Notes under the pieces: model-generated
Told to the model about the DNA's origin: nothing
Databases searched by the model: none
Seen by the model: the letters and a program-made list of their open reading frames with translations, nothing else
Assembly: GCF_018977255.1 (NCBI RefSeq)
Contig: NW_024704743.1
Span: 43,836,001-43,900,000 of the forward strand
Direction of reading: 5' to 3'
Origin: Callorhinchus milii
Taxonomy: Eukaryota
Length of the DNA: 64,000 bases
In this document: in pieces, positions 61,800 through 64,000 of the stretch
Layout of the letters: every line of letters starts with the position of its first letter
Position numbering within the stretch: position 1 is the first letter of the stretch
Translations under genes and position numbers: made by a program

Positions 61800-62440
61800 A
61801 ACACAGTGTCGGCAGCTGTGGTTCAAGCAGAAACCAGCAATTTATTTAAGAGGAAATTATGCCTTATGAGGGAAAGAAAATAGAGGGGTTTGTGAAAGGG
61901 GATTAAGAGGGGTAGAAGTTGGAGTATAAGCACCAGCATAGACTAGTTTTGCCAAATGACCTTTTCCATGCTATCGTGTTCTATACCCTATTGTCTGGGT
62001 TTACTTTCTACCATTTAAAATCTTATATAGCTTTATATGATTCCTTCTGAAGCATCACCTTTCAAGATTGAAGAGCCCTAGCCTGTCTAATTCCTGTTCA
62101 TAGTTCTTTCCTCTAACATTGGGGATTTTTTTTGTTGATCTTTACTGCACTGCCTCTTATGTTTTCCTGACCAGACTCACCAAAGAATTCCTTTGGTGTG
62201 ATTGACCAGATTACTGTATTGTTAGAGAGTAACTTCTGGGGATCTGAACCCAACTGATTTGGCAATATAGCCCAGCATCCTCTTTGCCTTGCTTATTGCT
62301 ACCTAACACTGTTTTAATACAAATCAACTAACACCCACATATCTCTTTCAACTTTCCCCTTGGCAAGTTTTATCGCAGCCACATGCCTCCTATTTTATCT
62401 TCCTATCTACAGTTCCTTGTAGTTATGTGTTTAATTTCCT
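61800..62440. mobile_element. Two old CR1 fragments in opposite orientation (about 61800-61990 plus, 62000-62440 minus)
   Basis: ggagtataagcaccagcatagactagttttgccaaatgacc 3' end; then gaagagccctagcctgtctaa...ctgcactgcctc similar to 42.6/44.5 kb. Confidence 0.55.
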
Positions 62441-62449
62441 TTGCCAGTC

Positions 62450-62843
62450 ATCAAGAACTCTTTGTTCAATCTGACCAGGACCATTGTTCTCCACCTTCAT
62501 CAAATTGACCGCCTCCGACCATACCTTACCCCAAATGTAGTCGAAACACTCGTCCATGCAAACGTCTGGCTCCAGCCTTCTGCTTGTCACTCATGCCCTT
62601 CTTCCACCATTGGTGGCCGCACATTCAGCCACTACATCCCGAAATTCTGGAACACTCTTCCTGTATCCCTCTGCCTTGCCCTCTCCTTCACTACCTTCAG
62701 GTTGCGCCTGAAGACCTTCCTCTTTAACCGTACCTACGGTCACCTCCCCCCTGCCCCAGCTCGGCATCTTGCTCCGACACTGTCAAGTGCTCTGGGATCC
62801 TACTCTGCGTGAGAGGCATTATATAAATGCGGGTGGTTGTTGT
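62450..62843 (+). mobile_element. Degenerate L2 3' fragment
   Basis: RLRPYLTPNVVETLVHA...TIGGRTFSHYIPKFWNTLP...LKTFLF, then decayed stem-loop and gttgttgtt. Confidence 0.85.
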
Positions 62844-62954
62844 TAAATGTTTCTGCCTTCTCTGATTCCACAGTTCCCTCCAATTTGGTATCATCTGAAA
62901 ATCTAACTATAGATTCACTTAATATCACTTCACGTAATATCTGTCCCATTAGCA

Positions 62955-63076
62955 CTTCTGCCCACAGCACTTCTCCATTGGAGTGTCAGACTAGGTTAGG
63001 AGCTCAAAGACAAAGAAGTGGAGCTTAAACCCACAACAATCTGACTCACAGACAAGAGTGAGCCAGGCTGACACCT
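62955..63076 (-). mobile_element. Deu-family SINE head fragment
   Basis: cattggagtgtcagactagg...gcttaaacccacaacaatctgactcacag. Confidence 0.7.
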
Positions 63077-63889
63077 AACTTTTTGTCTGCTGATATACTT
63101 CCATAGTCATTCTTGCAATAATCAGCTGCATCGATTTAACAGCAATGAAGAGAGCAAGCTAATTTCTTATAACACAGTGTGCTAGGTACGTATGAATAAC
63201 ATGCACTATTACCCTGCTGAACACAGGCCTTTATTCTCCACAGAAATAGTTTGACAGCCACTGTGTGGTTACAATCCTTGAAAATATAAAATAACAGACA
63301 TGTGTGTGAGAAAGACTTACTCAATCCAACGAGTGGTTCAGACATTGTCCTAAGGAGGGTTGTGAGAACTAGCTAAATACTGCCTTACAGCCTTTCCTTC
63401 CACTTGCTTAAGATACATAATATATATAGTTTTAAATATTTTATACAAACAATCTTTGTAGTGTCTTTTCCTATAATTCTCCTGAGTAAGTTTATTTCTA
63501 GATACAAAGTCAACTCGATCTCACTCAAGTTTTCTCAGCAGGCTTCAGTAATTGGGTGCCAAGTAGCCCTCACCAAAAGGAGAGTTCCTGTGGAGAAATA
63601 ACTACACTGCTTGTATATTCCAGCACTGGGGTGATGCTCCAGTGGAGATGCTGACACTTGAACATCACTCTTTACATCAGCTATGGTATTTTATATTTAG
63701 AAATCCAGAGATTTCTGTTTTTCATTCCTCATATGTGTGAAGCTTAGGACAACATTGCACAAGTGTCACAGTGAACTTTAGATCAGTGTTTTCTTTCCTG
63801 AGTAACTAATGCCAAAACAATGGTAGCAGAGACTGGCAATGTACATAATATCCGACAAATATATAACTGCCTTTAGCCAATTTTGTAGC

Positions 63890-64000
63890 TGTCCTTAGAC
63901 TCGGTCTTGTTGACATTCAACTTAAGAAAATTAGAGTTCAACCAGGACTTGATGTCTGCCAGGCAAATGGTCAGAACAGCATTGGTCCTAGAATCAAGGG
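63890..64000 (-). mobile_element. L2 RT fragment running off the window end
   Basis: ctcggtcttgttgacattcaacttaagaaaatt...ccaggacttgatgtctg matches 38535-38635 (DIKSW..NFL.LNVNKTE). Confidence 0.8.

Noticed and set aside
1..64000. CRISPR array, operons or other prokaryotic systems
   Set aside because: Sequence is vertebrate intronic DNA; recurring motifs are dispersed retroposon ends, not regularly spaced repeats.

Overview
Eukaryotic, repeat-rich vertebrate DNA. The repeat landscape (L2 and CR1/HER1-type LINEs, Deu-domain SINEs, a young tRNA/CORE SINE with (ATT)n tails) suggests a cartilaginous fish, possibly a chimaera; this is inference. The window appears to be almost entirely intronic sequence of one large minus-strand gene. 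The only host coding sequence I can support is a 261-bp phase-1/phase-1 exon (29828-30088) encoding a matrin/U1-type C2H2 zinc finger of the ZNF385 family. The rest is a near-full-length but frameshifted single-ORF L2 LINE (about 1389-4920), several truncated L2 copies, many CR1 fragments, three SINE families, palindromic MITE-like elements and a few candidate regulatory motifs. Main points of interest: an L2/SINE system sharing a covarying 3' stem-loop with modular swapping of heads, cores and loops; ultra-short insertions truncated at that stem-loop; deep nested insertions; and inverted repeats flanking an in-frame exon that would give a stop-free circRNA. Most other ORFs in the track are spurious. 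Coordinates of old repeats are approximate (by eye).
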